The position numbers and the translations under genes were made by a program. Positions 36,825 through 50,267 of a stretch of DNA of 64,000 bases are shown here, one piece after another. The stretch is from an uncultured Holophagaceae bacterium (GTDB lineage: Bacteria; Acidobacteriota; Holophagae; Holophagales; Holophagaceae): assembly GCA_963816585.1 (NCBI GenBank), contig CAWFOJ010000138.1, positions 3,676-67,675 on the forward strand, in the 5' to 3' direction. A model generated the notes under the pieces. The model was not told where the DNA came from and ran no database searches. It saw only the letters and a list, made by a program, of their open reading frames with translations. Each line of letters starts with the position of its first letter. The first letter of the stretch is position 1.

Positions 36825-38435
36825 ATGCTGGCGGTGCAGAACCTTACGATGCGCTTCGGCGCCAGGATCCTGTTCGAGGACGTGACCACCTCGTTCACGC
36901 CCGGGCGGAGGTACGGCCTCACGGGCCCCAACGGCAGCGGCAAGTCCACCTTCATGAACCTGGTCACCGGGGAGCAGGAGCCCACCACGGGCACCCTCCA
37001 GCGCCCGCGCAAGATGGGGGTGCTGAGCCAGGACCAGTTCGCCTTCGACCCGTACCGGGTGCTGGACACGGTGGTCATGGGCAACAAGCCCCTGTGGGCG
37101 GCCCTGCAGGAACGGGACCGGATCTATGAAAAGGACGAGCTCACCGACCAGGACGGCATGCGCCTGGGTGAGCTGGAAGGAGTCGTGGCCGACGAGGACG
37201 GCTACACCGCCGAGAGCGACGCGGCCATCCTGCTGGACGGGCTGGGCGTCCCCGAGGACCTGCACCAGCGCGCCATGGGCGAGCTGCAGGGCGGGCAGAA
37301 GGTCCGGGTGCTGCTGGCCCAGGCCCTGTTCGGCAACCCCGACGCCCTGCTCCTGGACGAGCCCACCAACCACCTGGACCTGGACTCCATCCACTGGCTG
37401 GAGAATTTCCTGATCCGCTACAAGGGCACCCTGATCGTCATCTCCCACGACCGCCACTTCCTCAACGCGGTGTGCACCCACATCGCCGACATCGACTACC
37501 AGACGATCATCCAGTACACCGGCGGCTACGACGACATGCTCATGCAGAAGACCCAGATCCGCTCCCGCCTGGAATCCGAGAACGCCCAGCGGGAGAAGAA
37601 GATCGCCCAGCTGAACGAATTCATCCAGCGCTTCGCCGCCGGCACCCGCTCCAGCCAGGTGGCCTCCCGGCGCAAGGAAGTGGAGCGCCTGACCCCCAAC
37701 GACCTGGCCCGCAGCAACATCCAGCGCCCGTACATCAAGTTCGACCAGGCCAAGCCCGGAGGCCGGCACGCCCTGGAATTCGAAGGAGTGTGCAAGGGCT
37801 ACGACCTGGCCGGCGGGCGGCTGGAGGTGGTCCGCAACTTCACCGCCAACGTGGCCCGGGGCGAGAAGATCGCGGTGATGGGCCGCAACGGCGTGGGCAA
37901 GTCCACCCTGGTCAAGGCCCTGCTGGCCAACGCGCCTGGAGTGACCGAGGCGGACCGGGGCCTGGACGCGGGCGAGGTGAAGTGGGGCCACGAGGTGAAC
38001 GTGGGCTATTTCGCCCAGGATTTCCGGGACTCCATCCCGGACGGCTGGACCCTGGTGGACTGGCTGCGCCAGTTCGACCCGGACGCCCTGGTGGAGACCC
38101 TCCGCGGCGTCCTGGGCCAGATGCTGTTCCGGGGCGACGAGGGGATGAAGCGCACCGAGGTGCTCTCCGGGGGCGAGGCCTGCCGCCTGATGTTCTGCAA
38201 GCTCATGCTGCAGAAGCCCAATTTCCTGGTGCTGGACGAACCCACCAACCACCTGGACCTGGAGGCGGTGATCGCCCTCGACACGGCCCTGCAGCGCTAC
38301 GAGGGCACGGTCATCCTGGTGACCCACGACGAGGACCTGATCGACGAGGTGGCCACCCGCATCTGGTCGGTCACCGACGCGGGGGTGGAGGACTTCCAGG
38401 GCCCCTTGGCGGAGTTCACCGCCCACCGGGCCTGA
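36825..38435 (+). CDS. ABC-F family ATPase (YbiT-like)
   Basis: Two ABC domains (GPNGSGKST, LLLDEPTNHLD; GRNGVGKST, LSGGE, LVLDEPTNHLD), no TM. Confidence 0.93.
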   Translation: MLAVQNLTMRFGARILFEDVTTSFTPGRRYGLTGPNGSGKSTFMNLVTGEQEPTTGTLQRPRKMGVLSQDQFAFDPYRVLDTVVMGNKPLWAALQERDRIYEKDELTDQDGMRLGELEGVVADEDGYTAESDAAILLDGLGVPEDLHQRAMGELQGGQKVRVLLAQALFGNPDALLLDEPTNHLDLDSIHWLENFLIRYKGTLIVISHDRHFLNAVCTHIADIDYQTIIQYTGGYDDMLMQKTQIRSRLESENAQREKKIAQLNEFIQRFAAGTRSSQVASRRKEVERLTPNDLARSNIQRPYIKFDQAKPGGRHALEFEGVCKGYDLAGGRLEVVRNFTANVARGEKIAVMGRNGVGKSTLVKALLANAPGVTEADRGLDAGEVKWGHEVNVGYFAQDFRDSIPDGWTLVDWLRQFDPDALVETLRGVLGQMLFRGDEGMKRTEVLSGGEACRLMFCKLMLQKPNFLVLDEPTNHLDLEAVIALDTALQRYEGTVILVTHDEDLIDEVATRIWSVTDAGVEDFQGPLAEFTAHRA

Positions 38436-38488
38436 CCGGGGCTCCAGATGCCTGCCCCGCCCCGGCGGGGAGGCGCCGGGCGGCCCGC

Positions 38489-39091
38489 CTACGGCATCTG
38501 CGCCGGCCGGTAGTCCGGATCGAACACCACCGGGTAGCGCTGGTTCAGCTGGGCCAGCAGGGCGTCCCGGGCGATCTGGGTCTGTTTGCGCTTCCACAGG
38601 GACGGCAGCTGGCCCTTCACCTGCTCGAAGGGCGGGAGGCCCTGGGCCTGGTTGGCGGCCTTGGCCTGGGCCGCATACTCGTCATAGACGGCCTTGAGCT
38701 GGTCGTCCGTGGGTTCGGCCTTGCTCACCAGGCGCTCCACCAGGACCTGGAAATAGGCGTTGGCCAGGGCGGAAGTGACCTCGATCTGCACCTTGGGATC
38801 CTTGTCCAGCCCCTCGGCCTTGGCCCAGGCCAGGAGCGCCTTCTGGTTCACCAGGGTGCCCAGGATCTGGTTGCGCTGCTCACGCATGGCCGTGTTGGTG
38901 AGCAGGTCCTTGGCCTTGGCCTCGTCCCCCAGGAACGCCCGCACGGTGGTGTCGAAGGCCTGCTCGGTGATCTTCTCCCCGGCCACGGTGGCCAGCACCT
39001 TGCCGTGGTCGTCGGAAACCTTGCCGCAGCCCAGCAGGCCCAGCACCGCCAGGCCGCCCAAACCCAACCTTCGCGCCGCGCGCATTTCCAT
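38489..39091 (-). CDS. Lipoprotein with SurA/PrsA N-terminal-like chaperone domain
   Basis: Lipobox LLGC, VLATVAGEKIT, AKAEGLDKDP. Confidence 0.75.
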   Translation of the reverse strand: MEMRAARRLGLGGLAVLGLLGCGKVSDDHGKVLATVAGEKITEQAFDTTVRAFLGDEAKAKDLLTNTAMREQRNQILGTLVNQKALLAWAKAEGLDKDPKVQIEVTSALANAYFQVLVERLVSKAEPTDDQLKAVYDEYAAQAKAANQAQGLPPFEQVKGQLPSLWKRKQTQIARDALLAQLNQRYPVVFDPDYRPAQMP

Positions 39092-39160
39092 GCTTCACTC
39101 CTGCAGTCCAAGGTTCCAGAATGACAGCGAGCGGCCACCTTTCCTAGCGGAGATCCCCGA

Positions 39161-39457
39161 ATGACCGTCCCTGATCAACTCAATTCCTTGGATTTGCAAG
39201 TCTTCAGCGCCACCTGGTGCCCGGACTGCCGGCGCCTGGAGCGGTGGCTGGCCGAGCACAAGGTGCCCCACACCCTGGTGGACATCGAGGCGGTGCCGGG
39301 CGCCGCCGAGCGCCTGGAAGCGGAGACCGGCAAGCGGGCCATCCCCTTCATCCTGGTCAACGGCAAGGCCTGGGTGCGGGGCTACCACCGGGACCTGCCC
39401 CAGCGCCTGGACCCGGCTATCCTGGTCCAGGAACTTCTGGCCGCCGCGGGCGCGTGA
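39161..39457 (+). CDS. Glutaredoxin/NrdH-like protein
   Basis: WCPDC active site, GKRAIP cis-Pro motif. Confidence 0.85.
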   Translation: MTVPDQLNSLDLQVFSATWCPDCRRLERWLAEHKVPHTLVDIEAVPGAAERLEAETGKRAIPFILVNGKAWVRGYHRDLPQRLDPAILVQELLAAAGA

Positions 39458-39555
39458 TCGCCCCCGACCGCGGCCGGAACCGGCGTGGCTGGCGCCGCCA
39501 GTCTGTCCTCCAGGGCAAATCCATGGCAGGCTAAGAGGTTCCCGCGGAGTGTCCT

Positions 39556-40599
39556 GTGCCCCACCCGTTTTCGAGCCAATTCTGGTCCAATCTGTTCACC
39601 TCCGACCTGGCCATCGACCTGGGAACCGCCTCGGTGCTGATCTACACCCGCCAGGCCGGGCGGATCATCGTGTATGAGCCTTCCATCGTAGCCCTGAACA
39701 CCCGGACCACCGAAGTGGAGGCGGTCGGGGACGAGGCCAAGCAGCTGCTGGGGCGGACCCCCCAGGGGGTGCAGACCATCCGGCCCATGAAGGACGGAAT
39801 GATCTACGAAGTGGATGCCGCCGAGAAGATGCTCGCCGCCTTCATCCGCAAGGCCCGGCCCAACCGGGGCTTCGCCCGCACCCGCATCGTGGTGAGCGTG
39901 CCCCCCCGGGCCCACCAGGTGGCCCGGCGGGCGGTGAAGCAGGTGTGCTACGACGCCAAGGCGGGCGAGGTGTTCCTGGTGGACCAGACCATGGTGGCCG
40001 CCATCGGCGCCGGGCTGGCCATCAACGAGAAGCGCGGCTGCATGATCGTGGACGTGGGCGGCGGCACCACCGACGTGGCCGTCATCTCTTACAACGGCAA
40101 AGTGTTCGCCGATTCCATCCTGATCGCCGGGGACGAGATGGACGAGGCGATCACCAAGTACATCCGGGAGAAGTACAACGTCCTCATCTCCGAGGCGGCG
40201 GCGGAGGAAGTGAAGTGGAGCCTGGGCTCCGCCTATTCCTCCGACAAGACCCGGACCATGAGCATTTCCGGCCGCGACCAGTTCGAGGGCCTGCCCAAGA
40301 CCCTCACCCTCAACGACATGGAGATCCGGGAGGCCCTGGCCGAGCCCATCAGCGCCATCATCGACCTGGTGCGCAAGGCCCTCAACGACACTCCGCCCCA
40401 GCTGGCCGCCGACCTCATCGACCGGGGCATCTGCCTCACCGGCGGCGGCTCCAAGATCCAGGGGCTGGACATCCGCCTGAGCAAGGAGACCCACCTGCCC
40501 TGCTACCGGGCCGAGAACCCCGAAACCGCCGTGGTGCGGGGCACGGCCATGCTGCTGGAGGACATCCCCTTCCTGCGGCGGATCCAGATCCTGGACTGA
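39556..40599 (+). CDS. mreB: Rod shape-determining protein MreB
   Basis: DLAIDLGT, IRPMKDG, VDVGGGTTDVA, AGDEMD, TPPQLAADL, LTGGG; heads the mre operon. Confidence 0.95.
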   Translation: MPHPFSSQFWSNLFTSDLAIDLGTASVLIYTRQAGRIIVYEPSIVALNTRTTEVEAVGDEAKQLLGRTPQGVQTIRPMKDGMIYEVDAAEKMLAAFIRKARPNRGFARTRIVVSVPPRAHQVARRAVKQVCYDAKAGEVFLVDQTMVAAIGAGLAINEKRGCMIVDVGGGTTDVAVISYNGKVFADSILIAGDEMDEAITKYIREKYNVLISEAAAEEVKWSLGSAYSSDKTRTMSISGRDQFEGLPKTLTLNDMEIREALAEPISAIIDLVRKALNDTPPQLAADLIDRGICLTGGGSKIQGLDIRLSKETHLPCYRAENPETAVVRGTAMLLEDIPFLRRIQILD

Positions 40600-40642
40600 G
40601 GAGCCTGCCTATGTATCGTTCGGCCCCACGACGACGACGCCC

Positions 40643-41536
40643 ATGAGGGAACGCCCCTGGGGCCTGGGCCCCACGGGCCGGCGCCGCTGGGCCATCGTCG
40701 TCCTGCTCCTGGGCCACCTGCTCTGGATGCTTCTGGGGCGCGGCTCCTCCGGGCGCTGGAACCATCTGCTGGACATCCTGGCCGCCCCGTCCCGGGCCGT
40801 TTCCACCCGGTGGGAGGAGTGGAAGGCCTACCGGCGCGGGCGGGTGGGCAACCTGCGCCAGGCCCAGAGCGAGATCCTTGACCTGCGGGCCCAGGTGACC
40901 GCCCTGCTCACCGCCCGGGCGGCGGAGGCGCCGCGCCTGGCGGAAGCCGATGAGGCGGTCCGCCTGCTGGGCCTCAAGAAACTTCTGCCCTTGGACTTCC
41001 GGGCCGCGCGGGTGATCGCCAACGTGCGCCGGGCCCCCTTCGGCGGCATGATCCTGGACCAGGGGCGGGACGCAGGGCTGGTGCCGGACCAGGGCGTCAT
41101 CTGCCCCGAGGGTGTGGTGGGCCGCCTGTGGGACGTGGGCCGGACCCAATCCAGCCTGCTGCCCCTGGACGCCTACAACGCTTCCACGGGGGTGATGCTG
41201 GCCCGCAGCCGGGCTACCGGGGTGCTCCAGGGCCTGGGCCCGGGCAAGGCCGCCATCCGCTACATCGGCAACCAGGAAGTGGTGCAGGTGGGCGAGCCGG
41301 TGTTCACCTCGGGCCTGGACCGGAACTTCCCCCGGGGCCTCCTGGTGGGCTACGTGGGCGACGTGCATCCCCAGGACGTGGAACTGCACGTGGAGGTGGT
41401 CCTGGCCGCGCCCCTGGACCGGCTCGGGCTGGTGCTGATCCTGCCGGCCCATCCCGCAGATGGAGATCCAGCCGCCCGACCAGCCTCCCGCCCAGTCGTC
41501 CCAGGGGTCGGATCCGGAAAGGAGGCCCCCCGGTGA
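40643..41536 (+). CDS. mreC: Rod shape-determining protein MreC
   Basis: TM plus coiled coil, ARVIA, GVVGR, VFTSGLD..FPRGLLVG. Confidence 0.9.
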   Translation: MRERPWGLGPTGRRRWAIVVLLLGHLLWMLLGRGSSGRWNHLLDILAAPSRAVSTRWEEWKAYRRGRVGNLRQAQSEILDLRAQVTALLTARAAEAPRLAEADEAVRLLGLKKLLPLDFRAARVIANVRRAPFGGMILDQGRDAGLVPDQGVICPEGVVGRLWDVGRTQSSLLPLDAYNASTGVMLARSRATGVLQGLGPGKAAIRYIGNQEVVQVGEPVFTSGLDRNFPRGLLVGYVGDVHPQDVELHVEVVLAAPLDRLGLVLILPAHPADGDPAARPASRPVVPGVGSGKEAPR

Positions 41537-42015
41537 GCGCCCCTTCCGCCGTGCCCCAAGTGCGCCGGTTCTTCCTGGCCGTCCTGTGCCTGGGGGGGAT
41601 CCACCTGGCGGCCCCCTGGCCGGGTCCCCAGGCGGTCCTGAACACCTTCCTGGTCCTGGGGCTGGCCCCGGGGTTCGCCTCCCCCCTGGCGGGGCTGGCC
41701 TGGGCCGCGGCGGGCGGCTGGGTGCTGGAAGGGGCCCTGCGCCTCTATCCCCACCTGGGCGGCACCGCCTTCGGCAACATGCTGGCCTGCCTCCTGGCCT
41801 ACGCCCTGGCCCTGCGCTGGCCCCCCCACACCCTCAAGCCCTACTGGGCCCGCCAGGCCGCCCTGACGCTCATCCACACCCTGCTGGTGCACGTCTCGGT
41901 GACCTTCGCCGCCGGATTCCACGCCTGGGGGACCGGCTGGCTCTGGTCCCTGCTGCTCACCCCCGTCTGGGCCACCGTGGCCCTGCGCCTCCACCCACCC
42001 TTGCACCGGAAGTAG
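41533..42015 (+). CDS. mreD: Rod shape-determining protein MreD (divergent)
   Basis: Hydrophobic ~160-aa ORF between mreC and mrdA; GTGA overlap. Confidence 0.7.
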   Translation: MSAPSAVPQVRRFFLAVLCLGGIHLAAPWPGPQAVLNTFLVLGLAPGFASPLAGLAWAAAGGWVLEGALRLYPHLGGTAFGNMLACLLAYALALRWPPHTLKPYWARQAALTLIHTLLVHVSVTFAAGFHAWGTGWLWSLLLTPVWATVALRLHPPLHRK

Positions 42016-42019
42016 AACC

Positions 42020-43894
42020 GTGCCGCTCCCCTCCCGCACCCTGATCCAAAAACGCATCGGCATCATGAAGACCCTGGCCTGGTTCATGATCCTGTGGCTG
42101 GCGCTGGCCTACGCCCGGGTGCAGCTCTGGAAAGGGCGGGAGATGCAGAAGCTGGCCATCGCCCAGGCGGTGAAGACCCGCACCACCCCGGCGCCCCGGG
42201 GCATCATCTTCGACCGCAACGGCAACAAGCTGGTGGACAACCGCCGGGCCCTGCACCTGGTGATCCAGAACGAGGACCTGCCCAGGGACCCGAGCCAGAT
42301 CGACGGCCTGGCCCAGGCCTTCCAGATGGAGACCGACCAGCTCAAGCGGCGCATCGCGGCCACCCGCCAGGCGGCGGGCAACCGCATGCTGGTGCTCCAG
42401 GACAACCTGGACGACAGCGCCGTGGCCCGGGCCGAGGTGCTGCGGGCCCGGTACCCCTTCCTGAGCATCGAGGTGGCGCCCCGGCGGGTGTACCTGGGGG
42501 AGGGCCTGGCGGGCCACGCCCTGGGCTACGTGGGAGAGGTCACCCCCGAGGAGCTGCAGCGGGAGCCCGACCGCTACCAGCTGGGGGAGATCATCGGCCG
42601 CACCGGGTTCGAGGCGGCGCACAACGACGAGCTCAAGGGGGTGGACGGCCAGCGGCGGATCCTGGTGGACTACCTGGGACGGGAGGTGGCCACCTACGGC
42701 ATGCAGGAGGCCATTCCCGGGCACAACGTGTACCTCACCCTGGACGCCGGGCTGCAGACGGTGCTCAAGGACGCCTTCGGGACGACCCAGGGCGCGGGCG
42801 TGGTGCTGGACCTGCGGGACGGCGGCGTCCTGGCCATGTACTCCAGCCCGTCCTACGATCCCAACGTGTTCCTCAACCGCCTCACCCAGGACCAGGTGAA
42901 GGAGTACTGGGACAACCCGGACCGCCCCATGCTCAACCGGGTCACCCAGGGCCGCTACCCGCCCGGGTCCACCTTCAAGCTGCTGATGGCCCTGGCCGCC
43001 CTGGAGAAGGGCATCATCACCCCCGCCACCACCTTCACCTGCAACGGCCACAAGAACTTCTACGGCCGGGAGTTCCGCTGCGACAAGGTGCACGGGACCC
43101 TGAACCTGGTGGAGGCCATCGCCAAGAGTTGCGACATCTATTTCTACGAGCTGGGCGCGCGCCTGGACATCGATGACATCTTCAACGCCGCCAAGAAGTA
43201 CGGCCTAGTGGAAAGCACCGGCGTCGACCTGCCCCACGAGGCGGTCTCCCGGGTTCCCAGCCGGGAGTGGAAGCGGCGGGTGAAGCACGAGAAGTGGTAC
43301 GCCGGCGAGACCATCAGCGTCGCCATCGGCCAGGGGGCCAACGCCATCACGCCCATCTCCCTGGCCCGGTTCTACGCCATGATCGCCACCCGGGGCAAGC
43401 TCCTGACTCCCCACCTGCTCTACGGGGTGCGGGGAGACAGCGGGGGCATCTCCTTCTACCAGCCGCCCCCGCCCAAGGACACCGGCCTGGACCCCAAGAT
43501 CTGGGCGGTGCTGGACGAAGGCTGCTACGAGGTGGTGCACTCGGGCACCGCCCACGGTTCCGACCTGCCCGGAGTCACCATCGCCGGCAAGACCGGCACC
43601 AGCCAGGTGGTCGGCTTCGTGGACCGGGCCCACTACGCCGCCCTGGCCAAGAACCTGAGGGACAACGCCCTGTTCGCCGGCTACGCGCCCCGGGAGAACC
43701 CCCAGGTCGCCTTCGCGGTGGTGGCCGCCAACGCCGGCTTCGGCGCCGATGCCGCCGCTCCCATCGTCAAGAAGCTCTGCCAGTACTGGTTCATCGACCG
43801 GATGACCAAGCCCATGCCGCCCCCCAGCGCCAAGCTGCCCGACGCCTTCCGCCCGGACACGGAGCCGGGCGCCGATGAGGAACCCGCGCGATGA
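42020..43894 (+). CDS. mrdA: Penicillin-binding protein 2
   Basis: APRGIIFDRNG, PPGSTFK, SCDIYFY, IGQG, AGKTGT. Confidence 0.95.
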   Translation: MPLPSRTLIQKRIGIMKTLAWFMILWLALAYARVQLWKGREMQKLAIAQAVKTRTTPAPRGIIFDRNGNKLVDNRRALHLVIQNEDLPRDPSQIDGLAQAFQMETDQLKRRIAATRQAAGNRMLVLQDNLDDSAVARAEVLRARYPFLSIEVAPRRVYLGEGLAGHALGYVGEVTPEELQREPDRYQLGEIIGRTGFEAAHNDELKGVDGQRRILVDYLGREVATYGMQEAIPGHNVYLTLDAGLQTVLKDAFGTTQGAGVVLDLRDGGVLAMYSSPSYDPNVFLNRLTQDQVKEYWDNPDRPMLNRVTQGRYPPGSTFKLLMALAALEKGIITPATTFTCNGHKNFYGREFRCDKVHGTLNLVEAIAKSCDIYFYELGARLDIDDIFNAAKKYGLVESTGVDLPHEAVSRVPSREWKRRVKHEKWYAGETISVAIGQGANAITPISLARFYAMIATRGKLLTPHLLYGVRGDSGGISFYQPPPPKDTGLDPKIWAVLDEGCYEVVHSGTAHGSDLPGVTIAGKTGTSQVVGFVDRAHYAALAKNLRDNALFAGYAPRENPQVAFAVVAANAGFGADAAAPIVKKLCQYWFIDRMTKPMPPPSAKLPDAFRPDTEPGADEEPAR

Positions 43895-44976
43895 GGGAGC
43901 GCATGCGGTTCCTGGATACCCAGCTGCTGCTGCCCATGGTGGTCCTGGTCATCATGGGCACCCTCACCGTGTACTCCGCCGGCCGCGGCACCAGCCAGTC
44001 CACCCTGTGGCTCAAGCAGACCGTCTGGAACCTCCTGGGCTTCCTGGCGCTGGGCCTGGTGGCGGCGGTCAACCCCCTGCGCACCTTCCGCAGCGCCCTG
44101 CTCCTGTACGTCCTGGGCATCCTCAGCCTGGTGGCGGTGCTGGTGGCGGGCCATCGCATCGGCGGCGCCCAGCGCTGGCTGATCATCGGGCGCATGACTT
44201 GGCAGCCGTCGGAACTGATGAAGTGGCTGACCCTGCTGTTCGTGACCTACCGCCTGGGCACCCGGCCCCTGCAGGACATCACCGCCCTGGACCTGGCCGG
44301 AACCTCCGCCCTGGTGTTCTTCCCCATGCTGCTGGTGCTCAAGCAGCCGGACCTGGGCATGGCCATCAGCTTCCTGCCCATCCTGGTGCTGATCCCGCTG
44401 CTGAAGGGGCTCAAGGCCAAATGGGTCGCGCTGGGCCTCGTGGGCGTGTCCCTGGCGGGTGCGGTCGCCTGGCGGGAAGTGCTCAAGCCCTACCAGAAGC
44501 AGCGGGTCCTGACTTTCCTGGACCCGTCCGCGGACCTGCAGGGCAAGGGCTACCAGATCAACCAGAGCCGGATCGCCATCGGCTCCGGCGGGCTGTTCGG
44601 GCAGGGCTTCACCAGCGGCAGCCAGACCCAGCTCAACTTCCTGCCGGTGAAGACCACCGATTTCGTGTTCTCCGTGTGGGCCGAGGAGCGCGGGTTCCTG
44701 GGCGTGCTCCTGGCCCTGGGCCTGTTCGGCGCCGTGATCGCCCGCATACTGGACACCGCCCGGATGGCCAAGTCCTCCGCCGAGACCTACTTCTGCGTGG
44801 GCGCGGCGGGCATCCTGGGGCTGCACCTGTTCGTGAACGTGGGCATGGTGATCGGGCTGCTGCCCAACAAGGGCATCGTGCTGCCGTTCTTCAGCGCCGG
44901 GGGCAGCAGCACCCTGAGCTATTTCCTGGGCATCGGGGCGGTGATGGCGATCAGCTACCGGGCCAAGATGAAGTGA
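43891..44976 (+). CDS. rodA: Rod shape-determining protein RodA (SEDS)
   Basis: GAQRW, QPSELMK, QPDLG, GYQINQSRIAIGSGG, TDFVFS..EE.GF, LPFFSAGGSS. Confidence 0.94.
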   Translation: MRERMRFLDTQLLLPMVVLVIMGTLTVYSAGRGTSQSTLWLKQTVWNLLGFLALGLVAAVNPLRTFRSALLLYVLGILSLVAVLVAGHRIGGAQRWLIIGRMTWQPSELMKWLTLLFVTYRLGTRPLQDITALDLAGTSALVFFPMLLVLKQPDLGMAISFLPILVLIPLLKGLKAKWVALGLVGVSLAGAVAWREVLKPYQKQRVLTFLDPSADLQGKGYQINQSRIAIGSGGLFGQGFTSGSQTQLNFLPVKTTDFVFSVWAEERGFLGVLLALGLFGAVIARILDTARMAKSSAETYFCVGAAGILGLHLFVNVGMVIGLLPNKGIVLPFFSAGGSSTLSYFLGIGAVMAISYRAKMK

Positions 44977-45060
44977 GCTTGACAAGGTGGACCAGGCGCC
45001 GTTGGCCACCGGCCGCCGCCCCTGAAGGACCGGCGCGCCGGGAAGGTGTAGGCTGGGAAC

Positions 45061-48319
<3,259 letters not shown>

Positions 48320-48388
48320 CGCAGGCCCACCCAGGCAGGTTACGGTATCGTTGTCCTGCCCCATGCCCCTTTCCCCGGACCGCCCGCC

Positions 48389-49882
48389 ATGACCCATCGC
48401 ATCGACCGCATCGGCAAGTTCGAGATCACCGAGCCCTTGGGCCAGGGCAGTCTGGGCGAGGCCTTCCTGGCGCGGGACACCATCATCGGCCGGGAAGTGG
48501 TCCTGAAAATCATCCGCCGGGCCGCGCTGCCGCCGCCGGACCCGGAAGCCCGGTTCCTGCGGGAATGCCAGGCCGCCAGCCGTCTCAACCATCCCAACCT
48601 GATGACCATCCACGAGTTCGGCGAGAAAGGGGGCACCCTCTACCTGGTGCAGGACTACCTGCCCGGCAGCGACCTGGAAACCATGCTGCGGGAAGGCGCC
48701 CTCACCCCCAAGGAGGTCCTGGAACTCCTGGCCCAGGTATGCGACGGCCTGGCCTACCTGCACCAGCGGGCCATCCTGCACCGCAATCTCAAGCCCGTGA
48801 ACATCCGCATGAGCCGGGTGGCCGGGCGCCCCACCCCCAAGCTGATGGACGGCGGCTTTACCACGGCCATCACCGATCCGGCCGGAGCGGCCGCCCACCT
48901 GGCCACCCTGCGCTACACCGCGCCCGAAACCCTGCATGCGGGCAAGCCCGATGGGCGGGCGGACCTGTTTCCGGTGGGCGTGATCCTGTACGAAGCGCTG
49001 ACCGGGGTGCGGCCGTTCGACGGGCCCGCGCCGGCGGCGGTGACCAAGCGGCTGCGGGAAGAAGAACCGCCCGACCTGGACCCGGCCCTGTTCCCGGACC
49101 TGAGCCCCGCCCTGGCGGGAGTGGCCCGCCAGGCCCTGGCCAAGGATCCGGCCCGGCGCTACCCGACCGCCGAGGCCCTGGGGGAAGCCCTGCGGGCCGT
49201 GCGCAACCCGTCCTGGACGCCCCAGGGGGACGCCCCGTGGAATCTGCGGCAGTCCGGCAAGGTCCTGCCGGTCCCGCCCCGGAAGCGGGCCGACCGCCCT
49301 CGCCGCTCCCGGGCCTGGATGGCCTGGGTGGCCGGCCTGCTGGTGGCAGCCCTGGGCGCCGGCGGCGGATTCTGGTTCTGGTCCCGGCACCACCTGCGAA
49401 CCCCCGCCCCGCCGCCGCTGCCGTTGATGGTCCCGTCGCCGCTCCAGCCGGTCCCTGCGGCATCGGCGCCGGCACCGGCACCAGCGCCTGATTCCCAGCC
49501 GGGCGCGGCCGCCGCTCAGCCCGCGCCAGCCGCCGCGGCGGCCCCGGCCCCCGGCCCGGCCAAGCCCAAGTACGCCACCCTGGACGAGGCGGTGGCGGCG
49601 GTGGCCACGGACCCGGAAGGTTCCCTGGCCTTCATGGACCAGGCCCTGGCCACCCAGCCGGACGACGAGCGCATCCTGGCCAACCGCATCGTGGCCCTGT
49701 ACAACCTCAAGCGCTACCCGGACGCCGGCAAGGCCATCCGCGAAGCCCGGGAAGCGGGGCATCAACTCTGGGCCATGGCCCAGCGCCAGCCGGCCCTGCG
49801 CCGGATGCTCGAGCAGGACAGCAAGGACCCGCACCTGCCACGCCGCAAGGCCCCCGCACCCGAGCCCGCAGCCGCGCCCTAG
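48389..49882 (+). CDS. Membrane-anchored Hanks-type Ser/Thr kinase-like protein (likely pseudokinase) with extracytoplasmic TPR-like domain
   Basis: GQGSLG, VVLK, FLRE, LNHPN, HRNLKP.N, DGG, YTAPE; TM segment then Pro/Ala linker. Confidence 0.88.
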   Translation: MTHRIDRIGKFEITEPLGQGSLGEAFLARDTIIGREVVLKIIRRAALPPPDPEARFLRECQAASRLNHPNLMTIHEFGEKGGTLYLVQDYLPGSDLETMLREGALTPKEVLELLAQVCDGLAYLHQRAILHRNLKPVNIRMSRVAGRPTPKLMDGGFTTAITDPAGAAAHLATLRYTAPETLHAGKPDGRADLFPVGVILYEALTGVRPFDGPAPAAVTKRLREEEPPDLDPALFPDLSPALAGVARQALAKDPARRYPTAEALGEALRAVRNPSWTPQGDAPWNLRQSGKVLPVPPRKRADRPRRSRAWMAWVAGLLVAALGAGGGFWFWSRHHLRTPAPPPLPLMVPSPLQPVPAASAPAPAPAPDSQPGAAAAQPAPAAAAAPAPGPAKPKYATLDEAVAAVATDPEGSLAFMDQALATQPDDERILANRIVALYNLKRYPDAGKAIREAREAGHQLWAMAQRQPALRRMLEQDSKDPHLPRRKAPAPEPAAAP

Positions 49883-49915
49883 GAGCCCGGGTACCGGAGG
49901 TTGCGTAGCCAAGCG

Positions 49916-50185
49916 CTACAACTCCTTCGCCTTCGACCGGGCCTCCTCGGCCACTTCCTGGCCGGCCTCGCCCGCCTTGCCGCGCACCCGCTCCCAGCCT
50001 TCCTGGGCGTCCCCGGCCAGGTCTTGCGCCCCCTTCTTCGCCCTCCGCCCCAGCAGCCGGAGGTCGTCCCGCAACTCCGGGCCGGTCTTGGGGGTGTTGA
50101 GCGCGACCAGCAGGCCGCCGATGGCGGCGCCGGCCAGGAACAGTGTCAGGGATCCGCCCATGGATCCGCCGTTGGACTCTTGCAT
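49916..50185 (-). CDS. YtxH-like protein
   Basis: FLAGAAIGG...TPKTGPELRDDL followed by a charged helical tail. Confidence 0.8.
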   Translation of the reverse strand: MQESNGGSMGGSLTLFLAGAAIGGLLVALNTPKTGPELRDDLRLLGRRAKKGAQDLAGDAQEGWERVRGKAGEAGQEVAEEARSKAKEL

Positions 50186-50267
50186 GATCTCGCCTCCCTG
50201 GGAATGCCCTTGGGCGGCCACGAGGACGCCGGGCTCAAGACCAGGGTGCAGCAAGCGCGATCTTGGT

